From the NCBI RefSeq assembly GCF_009914755.1, contig NC_060941.1: DNA of 64,000 nucleotides; one strand, 5' to 3'. The DNA comes from the human T2T-CHM13v2.0 reference genome, Homo sapiens. Shown piece by piece: positions 33,752-46,801 of this stretch. Below the pieces are notes generated by a model. It saw nothing but the letters and a program-made list of their open reading frames with translations. It was not told where the DNA came from and searched no databases. Both the position numbers and the translations under genes were made by a program. Position 1 is the first letter of the stretch. Each line of letters begins with the position of its first letter.

Positions 33752-34399
33752 CTGAAACACAGGGCAGGCATAGGGGGAGAGTGAGGCCAGCCCACCCCCT
33801 GGAAAGCCTTCCCAGGCCAACCCCAGGGGGCCCCTGCTTGGGGACCCTTTATGTGCACTCTGGTAGACTCCAAGCCATGGGGCCACCCTGTGTCAGGAAT
33901 GAACCCTCAGAGTGGCTGCCCCTCCCTGCACCCCAGGCCCAACCCAGGTCTCTGCCCAGTAAACAGTCGTGACCACACCATTTACCGGCCCCGCCTCCAA
34001 CAGCAGTACACTCAGGTTAAGTAATAATGAAGGCAAGCGTTCCTTTGTGGATAAGGAAATTGAGTTCCAGGTTTCTGGCTCACAGGGCCAGGACTGGAGG
34101 CCAGTTCTGCCTGGCTCCTGATCCTGTGCTGTCCACACCGCTCCACACTGCAGCTTGCCATGTGCCCACTGCCTCTCACTGGCTGGTGTGATGACCGCCC
34201 CCCTCCCCAACCCCAGAATCCCCAATTCAATTCAGAGAACTGCACAAGGTCCGTCTTGCTCCAGGGGCACTTCCAGACCATCACCCTTCCCTCCCCTCCC
34301 CAGGATAAACCCGATCAAACTACCTCCTCCTGTGAGGTGCTCGCCACCCAGCTGCCCCTCACTGTGTGCCTCCTGTCACTGTCATCTTCTTTTTCTCCC

Positions 34400-36440
34400 A
34401 CTCACACTCCTCTCAAGCCATTGGAGACTTTGGTCCTGGGTCACAAGCTTTCCTTCCTGCCAAGCCCCACCATCACTGGGATGACCCACGGTCTGCATGA
34501 CGTGAAGGATCTACCACCTCCCACCCGGCCTGGCAGCTTCGCACCTTCTTTCACGTCAGTGGCCGTCACTTCCAGGACCAAACTCAGAACCTGCCCCTCT
34601 AACTGTGAACTTCCACATGACCGCTCCGCTCAGGGCTTCTGCCCGCTCCCCACCACTTCTCCGCCAGCCCCCACCTGGCTGCTCTCAGCCTTACTGACAC
34701 TTGTCTTTTCTGCACCAGCCCTGCTGCCTCGCCCCTTCCTCATCCTGCCTGAGTGACCCATGGCATCCCTGTGTCCTTGCCTCCACCCCGGATTCTCTCA
34801 CCCCTTCATCCTCCTCCCACACTTGCCCGGCCAAATCTCAGCCCTGGAAATTTTTTCCACTATCCACCTTGTGTTTTTGTACATGCTGCCCACCGAGAGC
34901 TGCTAAAGAAACAGAGCCACGCAGCTCTCACCTTCCATCTTCTTCCTGTCCTTCCCTGAGCCCTACCCCATCCTGCAGGTGACTGCCTTCGATGCTGGAC
35001 CAAGGAGAGGGCTTCCTCAGCCCACTGCCCCTCACCTCAATGGTTGGTTTATTCCCAACTGGCCTTTGGCTCAGAGGATGGAGCAGCCCCTCTTCATCTG
35101 GCCCTTCCACCTTCTCATTCACCTGAGCTCACTCCTATAACTTGGATCCTCCAGCTCTGGCGACCCTGCCTACCTGCCTCATGACCCTCCCAGCTGACAC
35201 CCACTTTCTCTGCTCCTCTCCCTGCTACTTTTGCCCCCTTGTCCTTCCGAACTGTCTTTTCCTCACAAGGTCATCTGGTGGCCAGTCTTTGTCTACTAGG
35301 CAGTTCTCAGCATCCCACACCCTCGGCAAAAGGGGCGCTATCTCCTTGAAGCCCTCTCCTCCCGATACCTGGAGTCTCGTCTCTCTCTCCTGGTCCTCCT
35401 CCCCCTCACTCTCCTCCTGGTTCCTCAGCTGCTCCTTGTGCTGCTCTCAGTGGCCCAGCACAGCCTCTTCTAACGCCTCATCTCCCGTCTCATGGCTCCA
35501 CTGATCCGTCTCATGCATCTGTTTCCCAGTCTCCACCTGCAGCCCAGAACTACCCTAAGCCATATCAGGTCCCGTGGCTGTATCAGCCTTGACATGTCCA
35601 CAGCTGAGCTCATCTCCCTCCAGCCTGGTCCTCCTCTCATGTCCCCTCTCATTCACTCACTCATTCATTTATTCATTCTACCAACATTTATGGAGTCCCT
35701 ACCATGTGGCATCATCACCCCCAATGCAGAAGCTATATTGGTGAGCAGAACGGACAGGCTCTGCCTCCATGGAGACCTTGGTCAGGTGTGTAGCACCTGG
35801 ATCCCTCCTGGTCACCCAGCACGGGCATCTTAGAACTCCTCGCTCCCTGCATCCAACCATCCCTGAGCCCCGACTATTCCACCTCCTAATCCTGTCCATG
35901 TTTTTCTCTCCATCCCATACCCATCATCGCCTGGATTATGGTCTTCCTGTCTTTTGCTTGGGCAACAGCCCCCTAACTGGCCTCCCTGCCTCCAGTTTCT
36001 CCTGCCAATCTGTTCTCCACACAGCCACCAATGGGATCTTTCTATAAGCCAAATTAGACACTGCCACTTCCCTGCTTTAAACTCCTCCATGGCTCCCCGT
36101 GACCCTCAGCAGAGAATTTATGATCTTGGCCTGGTTTCCAAGGTTTTCAAGATTTGCCAAGTTTGGGCCCCTGATGACCTCTGAGGGCTCAGCTCCCACT
36201 TGTCCTGGGTTTAACCCTGCCTGCACTTATCCCAAGCCTGGAACGTCCCAAGCTCTCTCCTGCCTCCGTGCCTTTGCACATGCTGTTTCACTGTCTACCT
36301 GACAAATTCATGCTTCAAGACTCAGCTCAAAAGTTACCACCTCCTAGCAGCCTTCCCTGCCCTCCCTGGACAAACTGAAGTCCTTTCTCCTCTGTTTGCT
36401 AAAAGGGCCTTTTTCAACCACACACCAGTAGTTGTCAATT
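34400..36440 (+). mobile_element. Old LINE-2 remnant(s); boundaries approximate
   Basis: L2 3' motifs (ctccatggctcccc, gcctttgcacatgctgtt, tcaagactcagctcaaa). Confidence 0.55.
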
Positions 36441-36463
36441 GACATGTCCTTCCTCCTCTAGAT

Positions 36464-36980
36464 CAGGGATTTGCAGACTTTTTCTTTGAAAGGCCAGATA
36501 GTAAATATATCAGGCTTCGCACTGTGTCACCACTACTCAATTCTGCTGTTGTATTGCAAAAGCAATCATAGACAATACGTAGACAGATGAGCTTGGCTGT
36601 GTTCCAATCAAACTTTTTTTATTTAGAGACATTGAAATTCATGTAATTTGCATGTCATGAAATATCATTCTTTTGATTATTCTCTCCATCCATTTGAAAG
36701 TGTAAAAACCATTCTTAGCTGACCAGTCATATCAAAACAGGCTGTGGGCTGGGTTTGGTCATTATATGTCAACGCCTCTTCTGCTCTAGGTCAGGGATTC
36801 TTGATTAATCTTTCTGTGCATCAGAATCCCCTGGAGGGCTTGTGAAAAGGTTCCTGAGCCCCTCCCCAGAGTTTCTGATTGAGTAGGTCTAAGAGGGTGG
36901 CAGGAGGAGGCAGGGCAGATAATTTGCACTTCTCCCGAGTTTCCGAGTTTCCTGGTGCTGCTAGTGGGAACCATAGCTTC
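36464..36980. mobile_element. hAT-Charlie MITE remnants (MER58-like then MER5-like)
   Basis: ggccagatagtaaata...ggctgtgttccaatcaaactt; gcatcagaatcccctggagggcttgt. Confidence 0.6.
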
Positions 36981-37040
36981 GGTCATGGAAAGCACATCTG
37001 GGTCACAGAAAGCACATCCGGGTCACGGAAAGCACATCCT
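36981..37040 (+). repeat. 3 x 20-bp tandem repeat GGTCAYRGAAAGCACATCYK
   Basis: Direct reading. Confidence 0.9.
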
Positions 37041-37401
37041 CTGCCCCCCTGGTTCTGTTTGTCTCTGTGCAGCCCCAACAAGCACAGAGTAAGGAACACA
37101 ATCGGCACTTAAATGTCTATTGGATGAATGGCCAGATGTAGAGACAAGAGTCAGGAGATAAAGGACGAAAGTCTGACTCAGATCTAGGGCAAGTTGCCGG
37201 AGCCTCACCTTTCTCCTCTGTCAACGACGAGACTAATAACCTACCTCACAGGGCTGCTAGAGGGCCCATCCAGATCCACGGGAATGGGATTTACAGACTG
37301 CACATCACAAGGCCCCACCCGGGAGGAGGGAGATGGGGAGCGGTGGAGAGGAGGGCTGCGCTCTCAAGCCATGGAGTCCCCACCCCAGGATGGCCACTCA
37401 C

Positions 37402-37585
37402 CTCCTGCATGAGGTTGCGCAGGAAGATGGCCTTCTGCCGCAGCGGGTCATGCACCAGCCCATCGGAGAAGAAGATCATGCCCTGTGGGAAGTTGTGCTG
37501 GGACAGCCACGACACCACCCGCTGCTTCTGCATGTCCGGCCGTCCCGTGATGTAAAGGATCATGTAGCCCAAGTCCTGCCAGTGC
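37402..37585 (-). CDS. PITPNM3: PITPNM3 exon 18 (HWQDLGYMILYITGRP...LMQE), LNS2
   Basis: AG/GT bounded, 184 nt. Confidence 0.97.
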
Positions 37586-39760
37586 CTGGTGAGATGGCAT
37601 TAGAAGGGTCCAGCCCTGCCCAGTGCAGGCCACCTGATGCCCAGAAGCCTGCCCTGCCCGCAGCTGCCCTCCTGAGACGTCAGAGGGACGAGTCTGAGGC
37701 GTGCTAGGGAGAACAAGGGGGACCCCGAATCCCCTCTCTGGGCTGAGCCCTGGACATCTCCCCTGGATCAGGCCTGCAGATGCCACAGGCCCATATCCAA
37801 ACTCATCTCCTCACCCCTGCCCCTCTGCTCACAGCCACTTCAGAGTCAGAGACAGGCGCCTTTCATTCTTCCCTGTTCCCTGTGCCTCCCTCCCTCCTCC
37901 TCCTCCAGGAAGAAAGCCTTTCGCTTTCACCAGGCCAGACTCTTTAACCCCTCCCCCAGCCCTCTCACTTAAGCCTTGCTTCTCATCCTTAGCTCGGGCC
38001 CCATCTCTCTCCTGGGCCACTACAAAAGCCTCCTGGGCGGCCTCTTTCCCTCCACCCCTACTCCTACCCACATCTAACCTGAGCCCTGTAACCCTGGGCA
38101 GATTACTCAACCCTCCCCAACCTCCCACGGTTTCAGTTTCCCCCTCTGTAAAATGGGCATAATAATATGAACTACCCCACAAGGTTGTCCTAAAGACGAA
38201 AGGAGTTAATCCCAAACATGCATAGCAAGGTGGTATGCTTGGTGTGGCTGGCTTTATTATTATCCTCCGCAGTGTTTCCATGGTGATTCCTGTACATCGC
38301 AAATCTAACCCCAGCACTCCTCTGTCTAACAGCATCTCCAGCTCCCCAGCGCCCTGAGGTAGAGCCTCAAGTCCTCTCTCTGCCTCTGTGGCCATGTCTC
38401 TGCTCTGCCTTTGCATATGGGATCTCTCCAGCCCACCCAGAGCTGCTTTGCTGCCCCCTGAACAAACCCTTGGCTCTTCTGCTGCACAGCACTCCCCTAG
38501 ACAGCCCCTACGGCACCATCTCCTGATATTCCCATCTTCCATCTTTCAAGACCCCCCTTCCTCCAGGAAGCCTTCCCTGCTTCCCAAGCAGAATCAGCCT
38601 CTTTCCTCTGTGCTCTCACAGTGCAGTGGGATAGCTCTGGTTGGCTGACTTCACACAGAATCCTGGCTGCAAGATGTCAGGTAAGCCCAGACCTGGTTGG
38701 GCACCTTTATGGCACCTGCCACCAGAACCAGCTAATAGAGATGGGGAGTTCTAAAACTGGATGATGATCTGAGGGATCTGGGGATGCTCTACACAAACTC
38801 AGGGGTGCAGGGATCACCCCTAGGGATTCTGGTTAGTTCTGATGTGGGGCCCAGTGATGTGTTTATGAAAAGGGGAGTTTCTGATGACTGTCGAGGTTTG
38901 GGGAGCACCATGTGGAGCACCATGGGGAGCACCCTGGAGCCCATGGAAGGCAGTGGGAGGATCATGGACCCCCAGAGAGGAAGGACCACAGCCTCCCCTT
39001 CCCTGCAGTGGGAGGGGGACTGTGACGCAGGAGGGATTTGTTGTAATGGCAACAAATGACCTAGCTCTACAAGGGGGAGGCTGGCCCCCTGAAATGGGCT
39101 TCAGCCTGTCTAGGCCTGTTCTTACGGAGCTGCTGGGCATCTTGAGGCCAGCAGTCTCCCAGGAGCCCAGGAGCCAGGCCCGTCTTCTCTCCCCAAAACC
39201 GTCACTGTTACTGGGGTGAGGCAGGGCAGTCTCCAGCCCCCAGGAACTTCCAGTGCCTGGCATCTGTCCTACTCTCGAGGTTCTGATCACTTGGAGTCCT
39301 GGGTTACAGTTTCTCATGCCTGTGACTTATTTTCCCCACCAGACTCTGAGTGTCCTCTGACTTAAGAGCTCGCTCTGCATCAGTGCCCAGCACACAGCCC
39401 AGCCACAGGGGGCCTCAGAAAGCAGCGGATGCGTGCACGAGTGCAGGGAGGGAGGCAGGGAGGGAAGGAGGGAGGCAGGGAGGGAAGAAGGAAAAAAGGA
39501 AGGAATTGAGGGAGGGAGGAAGGAAGTGAGGGAGGGAGGGAGAGAGGAAGAAACAGACAAGCTGAGGTCTAGAAAGCAGGAGAAATTTTCCCAAGGATAC
39601 TCAATAAATTACTGTTGGAGGTAAAGCCAGGGCTTCTCAGCTCGCAGCCCCAGAGACCGGTAGAATTCCTACAGCAAATCAGAAAAACAACATATTTCCC
39701 CCAGGGCTGCTGGCTCCTGCCCCCCAGGGAGATATAGCCCTCGTGGAAGGTGGCACTCAC

Positions 39761-39910
39761 CGGACAACATCCACTGCACCCGGCCGGACCTTGGGGTCGC
39801 TTCCCATGATAGACACGCTGGCCGCGAAGGACCCATCAATGCTGAACACTACACACTCCATGCCCCTGGGCAACACCGTGAGGTAGCTCATGGCACAGGT
39901 CTGGTCGCCC
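39761..39910 (-). CDS. PITPNM3: PITPNM3 exon 17 (GDQTCAMSY...VVFSIDGSF...VDVV), LNS2 start
   Basis: AG/GT bounded, 150 nt. Confidence 0.97.
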
Positions 39911-40198
39911 CTGAAAGAAACCTGCCTGTGGTCAGCCGTGAGGTCAGGGTCAGACGTTAGCCGGAATCCAGAGGTCAGCCTGTAGCTGCAGTCAGAGCTC
40001 AGTCTGGGTCAAGGTCAGAGAGCACCTGGGTGGCATCTCCTGATGCCACGGCTGGTGACCTCTCCCATCCACCTCTGTCCATGCAGACAGAGATGGGGGC
40101 CCACAAAGAACCCCAAGGACCCCATCCTCTAGACAGGCCTGGCTGGAAGGGCCATAGAAATGAGAGAAACCACCCTGAGAATGGCCCCTGGGTCTTAC

Positions 40199-40347
40199 CT
40201 GACGACCATCTTCACAGGATAGACACCAACCCCCAGGCGCCGGGGCCGCGGCACATTGTATGTGATGCGACCACTGCTGTTGGTGATCTCTGTGTCCAGG
40301 TGTACCCAGCGGCCTGAGGATGGCTCTGCCATTACTAGGATGTCCAC
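40199..40347 (-). CDS. PITPNM3: PITPNM3 exon 16 (VDILVMAEP...VKMVV)
   Basis: AG/GT bounded, 149 nt. Confidence 0.97.
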
Positions 40348-40683
40348 CTGCGGCAGTGAAGGGGGTCAGGGACTCCCTGAAGGCTGAGGGGCTACAGGCT
40401 TGGCAGAGGGGCTGGGCGGGGGAACTCTGGGCTGAGGTCCCTGCCTGACATTCCCTGGCTCCTGCCAGCCTGGCTCCTCATTTGTCCTTGGATACTCTGA
40501 GCCCATCCTTTCCTCCTTGCTCACCCTTCCCGGCCCGCCCAAGCAGGTGGGTAGCTCCTGGCCCTGTGCTTCCACCCCAGGCAGCTCGGCCCTCTTGACA
40601 CCCTCACCCCACACGCTATGTGGCTCCATGAGGCACCTGGTGCAGGTGGAGTGGCTGAGGAGGGGAGGCCCAGCCCCAGGTAC

Positions 40684-40800
40684 CTTCTCTCCAGTCAGAG
40701 CCACCATGTCGAGGGGCCCGTACATGAACCGCCCCACCAGGACCTGGGGGCCATCTTCAGCAGCAATCACATCATTGGCCCGGTGATTAGCCGTGACATT
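40684..40800 (-). CDS. PITPNM3: PITPNM3 exon 15 (NVTANHRAND...LTGEK)
   Basis: AG/GT bounded, 117 nt. Confidence 0.97.
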
Positions 40801-41044
40801 CTGGAAGGACAGAAAGAAGCTGGCTCAGCCCTTGCAAGGGAGGCTCAACCTTGCTTTATCATTGCAGTGTTCCTCAGACTGGCTGGAGGCATATCAGCTT
40901 GCTGAATCATGTCTCTCTACTAACTTCTGCTAGAGTTTCAGAGATGTGTTCCCAGGGAACGTGTGAGAAAAACAGACCGTGAGTCCCCCAAACGCTGTCT
41001 TCAAGGTGCACAGGGCTTCCTGCCATTGTACGTTTTCTGCTTTC

Positions 41045-41373
<329 letters not shown>

Positions 41374-42519
41374 CCGTTCTCTGTTTTGACTCTGCTCGGC
41401 CCTGAGGGGACAACTGGCCTCACAGCCTGTGCTTATCTTCCAGATCCCCGGGCTGGAAACTGCCTGGTCACTTTTGGTTCTTTCTTCTACATCACAGCTC
41501 ACATCCAACAGTATTTACTATCTGTCTTTTTTTTTAAGATAAAATTTCAAATGCACAAGCATAGAGAGAGAGAAGAGTGTAACAAAGCCTCGTGTTCCCA
41601 GCACCTGCTCCACCACTTAGCAACAAACTCGTGGCCATCCTGGTTTCGTTCTTCCCTTGCCCAATTCCCCAGCCTCGGCCCCAGCCCCACCGGGATTATC
41701 CTGGAGCAATCCTGGGCGCTGCGTCATTTTATCTGTGACTGTCTCAACCTCCCTATTTTTCTTCATTTATCAATGAACTGGTTTCAGTTCATTCTGCAGC
41801 CTGTGTTGGCCCTGACCAGCCCCCACTCCCAGCCTGGCCTCCAAGACCCCAGTCTCTCCATCTAGTGACCACTCCTTTACCGCACTGGCCACATCTTCAT
41901 CTCTCGCACAGCCACATCGCCTGGATGCTGCTAACAGCTCCCTAATGGAGCTCCTTCCTCAAAGGCAGTCCCTGCAACAGATCCTCTGTCTCTATAAAGC
42001 ACAGCTCTACTAACACCCTCCCGGGCTCCCCACTGCCCTCTGCGTAGAGTCCGGAACCTGAGCTTAGCTTTCCAAGGCTTGCCTGAACGACCTCTTCAGT
42101 CTGTCTCCTGCTGCTCCCCATCCACACCTTCTGGTCCTTTCTGCCAGGCTCTGCAGCAGCCTCCAGGCCTTTGCTCACACCGCTGTCCCGCCCCCCACAC
42201 TGGCTCTAGGTGCCATCCCTGGCCCTGGCCCTCTTCCCCCACATTCCAGCCCATTCGCTATGACTAGACTCAGCGCCATCATCGCCAAGAAACACTCCTC
42301 GGACTCCTCAAAGACAGGTTCTCAACCTCCTTTCAATTCCCATGCATTTTAATTCAATCCAACAAATATCTGCAGACACCTCATCTGCATGGGGTCCCTG
42401 AGATAAACTGGTCGTGGGCCCTGCCCTGGAGACACTCAGCCAAGTAGGGAACGCAGGCCCCCTTACAGGTGCACTGTCAGGGGAGAGGGAGCAGCTGGTT
42501 CATGAATATAAGCACCTGA

Positions 42520-43565
42520 AAAGATCCGGCATCCCGAGTCATTAGAGAAATGCAATCAAAACCACAATGAAATACCCCGTCACACCCACCGGGATGACTA
42601 GAATCAAACAGACAGATAATAACAGGGGTTGCTGAAGATGCGGAGAAATCAGAATCCTCATACATTGCAGTGGGAATGTGAAATGGTACAGTCACTGTGG
42701 AAAACAGTCTGGCAGTTCCCTATATGATTAACCATAGAGTTAACATTTGATACAGAAATTGCACTTCTAGGCATCTACCCGAGAGAAATGAAAACACAGG
42801 AGAAATGAAAAACACAAAAACTTATACATGGACGTTCATAGCAGCATTATTCATAGTAGCCGAAAGGTGAAAACACCAGCCTGGCCAACATGGCGAAACT
42901 CCATCTCTACTAAAAATACAAAAAATAAAATAAAATAAAATAATTAGCCAGGCATGGTGGTGAACACCTGTAATCCCAGCTACTTGGGAGGCTGAGGTAG
43001 AAGAATCACTTGAACCAGGGAGGGGAGGTTACAGTGAGTTGAGATTGCACCACTGCACTCCAGCCTGGGCGACAGAACAAGACTCCGTCTCAAAACAAAA
43101 AAAAAAAACAAAAAAAAAACAAAAAAAAAAACAGGTGAAAACAACCCAAAAAATGTCCATCAGGTAGTGAATGGATAAGCAAAACGTAGCATCTCCATAC
43201 AACGGAATATTATTCAGCCTCAGAAAGGAATTTCTGACACAGCGACCACTTGGATGAACCTTGAAGACAGTGCGCTAAGTGCAAGAAGCCAGACACAAAT
43301 GGTCACATATTACATCATTTCATCGAAATGAAATGTCCAGAATAGGCAAATCTGCAGGCACAGAAAGTCGATTACTGATTGCCTGGGGCAAGTGAGGGAG
43401 TGTCAGCTAAAGGGTACAGAGCTTCTTTTTGGAGGTTATGAAAAAGCTCTAAAACTGACCATGGTAATGGTTGCACACATCTGTGAATATACTAAAATCC
43501 ACTGAATTGTACTATCTAAATGGGTAAATTATAGAATATGTGGATTTTATCTCAATAAATATGTT
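42520..43565 (+). mobile_element. L1M(B)-type 3' end with a nested 5'-truncated Alu (42876-43131, TSD AGGTGAAAACA)
   Basis: L1 ORF2-end/3'UTR motifs (aaaaccacaatgaaatacc, gttcatagcagcattattc), ends tatctcaataaa. Confidence 0.85.
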
Positions 43566-44262
43566 TACCAAAAAAGAGTTGGTTCATGAAGGATTGATCT
43601 CCTTCTACCTTTTAGGACTGTTCTTGGGGTCCATGTCTGGTCTTTTCACCAGACTGGAGATGCCTACCATAGCAATGGTTGTGTCTGTACAACCCTGTGC
43701 TCCACTCTCTAGCAGAATGACTGAGACAGAGTAGGCACTGATGATCGTTTGTTGAGTGAATAAATAAATCTATGCACCTCAAACTCCTATTCATCCTTCA
43801 ATACCCCACAGAGGAGCCTCTTCAGAGAAGCCCTGAATGATTTGCCCTTACAATCCTTCTTTCCATCTTTGTCTTAATCTGTACCTTCCTCTATCAAATA
43901 TCACACCAGGCCATACTCAATGGTAAGTGACTGAGATCCAGGACTCTTTCTGATTCAAGTCCACATCTACTGTAGCCTGGCATATAGCAATTGCTCCATA
44001 ACTGGTATCTCCTCACCAACCCTAGTGTCTTGGACTCCTGCCCTCAGGGCTCCTGTGGAACCAGGCCATGGGAAGCAACTCACACACCCTTGCAGCTGCA
44101 GTGCCTGGGCTCCATCTGAGTGTGAGCCCCAGCCTGTTTGGGTGCTGAGCTCTGAGGACAAATTGAAGCGCTTACCTCCCATGTGGATGCCCCAGCCCCC
44201 GGGCCAGCCCCACCTCCCGGAGGACACAGTCCCAGCCACATGCGAACTGAGCATGCACGCAC

Positions 44263-44379
44263 CCTCAGCTTGACCTGAGTCCGCTTACGAAGCCACTTCT
44301 CCCGGGGGTTGGCAGGACTCAGTGCTGCAGGGTCCAGGCGGGCGCTTTCCTTGATGTTCACGCTCTCATAGCGCATTAC
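44263..44379 (-). CDS. PITPNM3: PITPNM3 exon 14 (VMRYESV...TQVKLR); Q626 codon is CAG (wild type)
   Basis: AG/GT bounded, 117 nt. Confidence 0.97.
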
Positions 44380-46297
44380 CTAGCCAAGAGCCGAGCAGGG
44401 CCCCGGTCAGGTCTTCTGGCTTCTCTGCTTCCCTCCCAGGGTGTCAGTGCCCACCAGCTTGTGGCCAGCTGGGCCCTGCCCCTGCAACCCCCCAACCACA
44501 CAGCCTGGAACCGTCAGGAGGCCGCAGACCCCGGGACCTGCATTCCTGTCCTGATAGCTGGGGCCAGAGCAGTCTCCCAGCTGGCTCCCTTCCTGAGAGA
44601 AGTCTCTGCCCCGCTGTGCCCAAACCTGGCAGCCACCTCTATCTGTCCCCACTCTCTGCCCTCCCTCTGTTACAACAAGGTGGCCCTTTCTTAAGGCCGG
44701 CTTGAGTCCTGATCCCAGCCCCTCCTTGCTTCTTGAGGACGTTGCTCCAGCCATGCTCCCCTCCCAATCCCGCAGAGCTGATTAGACTCCCTCCGCTAGA
44801 TCACTCTCCTTAGCATTCAAATACGTGTAATACTGCCCATCTTAAAAAATACTCTCTCAGATTCCTCATGCCTCTCCAGTGACCGCCACATCCCTGCTGT
44901 CCCTCACAGCAGCACTGACAGAGGACTTAGCCCATATGCTGTCACCCCTTCCTCACCTGCCCCCTCTCCTCCACCCACTCCAGTCAGGGTTCTTCTCCAT
45001 CACTCCTCTACGGAAGCCATTCTTGCCACTGCCCCGGTGACTCCCACCCCGCCTATCTCAGGGGTCCTCTCCCTACACTCTCTGGGTCCTCCAACCTCAG
45101 GGATGTCCTCTTCTCTCCTTCAGTGGCTTCTCCTTCTCTCCCTGGGGGAGCTCCAGGACTCATCCCTGAACTTCCCTCTCTGTAGGAGCACCCTTAGTCT
45201 GGCACTCATCGCCAGTTTTAAATGCCGTCCAAGCTCTGATGACACCCACATTTTTATCTGGAATCCTGATGTGTTCTCTAAGTTCCAGACTCCTCTACTC
45301 CCCTTCCGTCCCAGCAACTAAGAGGCAGCTCACACTTCACACACCCAGACAGTCGTGGATGTGCCACGTGGGGCACAGGTTTGGGCTGGAGCACCCTGGC
45401 CTGGGTGCCACCGGGCTGGGGACCCACCCCCAGCCCAGCACACTCTCTCCCACCCCCAAGAACCTACAAACAAAACTCACTTTCCTCCGCCCCCTGCCCA
45501 GCCCTGCTCTTCCGCACGTGCAGGACACAGAACCACCTTAGTCACTCAAGTGGGAAACAGGACGTACTGGGCTCCCGTCTTTCTCCTACAACGCAGACAG
45601 CCACAAGCGCTCTCACCGTAATGCAAATCTTGCCACTCTGTGGCACCTCCACCCCCTGTCCTACTCCAAGCCTCCTCTCTAAGTTGGGCCCCTGCACTGG
45701 CCTCACAAGAGGCCTCATGGTTCCTCTCCTGCCGTGAAAACAGCAGCCTCAGCCTCAGGGTTTCCTTCAAAAAACACAAGCCAGTTGCTATTTCTTCCTT
45801 GCTCACAGCCCTGCAATGGCTTCCCGTTGAACCCAATATAAAACCATACCCCTGACCTTGGCCATCACGGCTGTTCATGAACATCATGACCCCTACCAGC
45901 TCCCCAGACTCCCTCCCCACCAGGCTCTCCTTCTGGCGCCGGCCTTTCTGCTATACCTTCTGTTTTGCAGACGAGGACATTGAGACTCAGTGGGGAGTGG
46001 GAACTGACTACTCCAGTCTCCAAGTTGAAACACTGGGACACTCTCCTGCGTAGTTTATATTTAATTTTCTAGAGTGTACCATGCCGTCAGCCACCCAGGA
46101 GCCAATGTCTTTATGAAGCCCATTCTCTGGTCATGTCACTCCCCACTCACGTAGGTGCTCCAATGCCTTCCTCATGCTCTTAGGATCAAGGCCAAAAGCT
46201 GAACAGTGTCTGCAAGAATAGCCTCCTCTCCAGCTGGAGAAGGGGCGGTACCCCCTTGGGGTGGCTGTGGGCAGGCCCGCGACTGCGGCAGCAGTAC

Positions 46298-46446
46298 CTG
46301 TCTCAGGATGAAGGCCACCACGTCTGTGGACTCCCAGTAACTGGCGTGGAAGAGGTGGGGCAGGGCCACGGTGGGGAAGGCCGTGAGGACATCAGGGCAG
46401 TACAGGGCATAGTCGATCCTCTTGCTTCCCCACCACTTGGCTGTGA
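46298..46446 (-). CDS. PITPNM3: PITPNM3 exon 13 ([12 protein letters not shown]...HASYWES...ILRQ), DDHD end
   Basis: AG/GT bounded, 149 nt. Confidence 0.97.
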
Positions 46447-46801
46447 CTGTGGGTCGGAGAGGAAGGTGAGGATGCGTGGCCGGCCCGGGGCCTCACCCGA
46501 GGGGCAGCGGGGTCTCCCATTGCACAGACTGGTGGTGGATGCCCCACGTGGGGCACGGGTTTGGGCGGGAGCACCCTGGCCTGGAGGAGGCCTGGGGAAC
46601 GCGCTGCTCTTCCTCCTTCCTTCTCAAAACCCACCAGCCCTCCCCTAAGATGTGCGTGCCAAGCCCATGCCCAGGAAGGAGGGCCAGACCCACAGAGACG
46701 TCCACAGTCTCACCCAGGGCCGCCGCTCAGTGGCAGTTCCCAGTGGGCTCTGCCTGAAGTTGGCGCTGAGTCTATGTCTGGAAGGTTCAGCACTTCCTTA
46801 A

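Noticed and set aside
36981-37040. CRISPR-like array (also considered for 46802-46995 and 57185-57436)
   Set aside because: Contiguous tandem units without unique spacers, no cas genes, mammalian DNA
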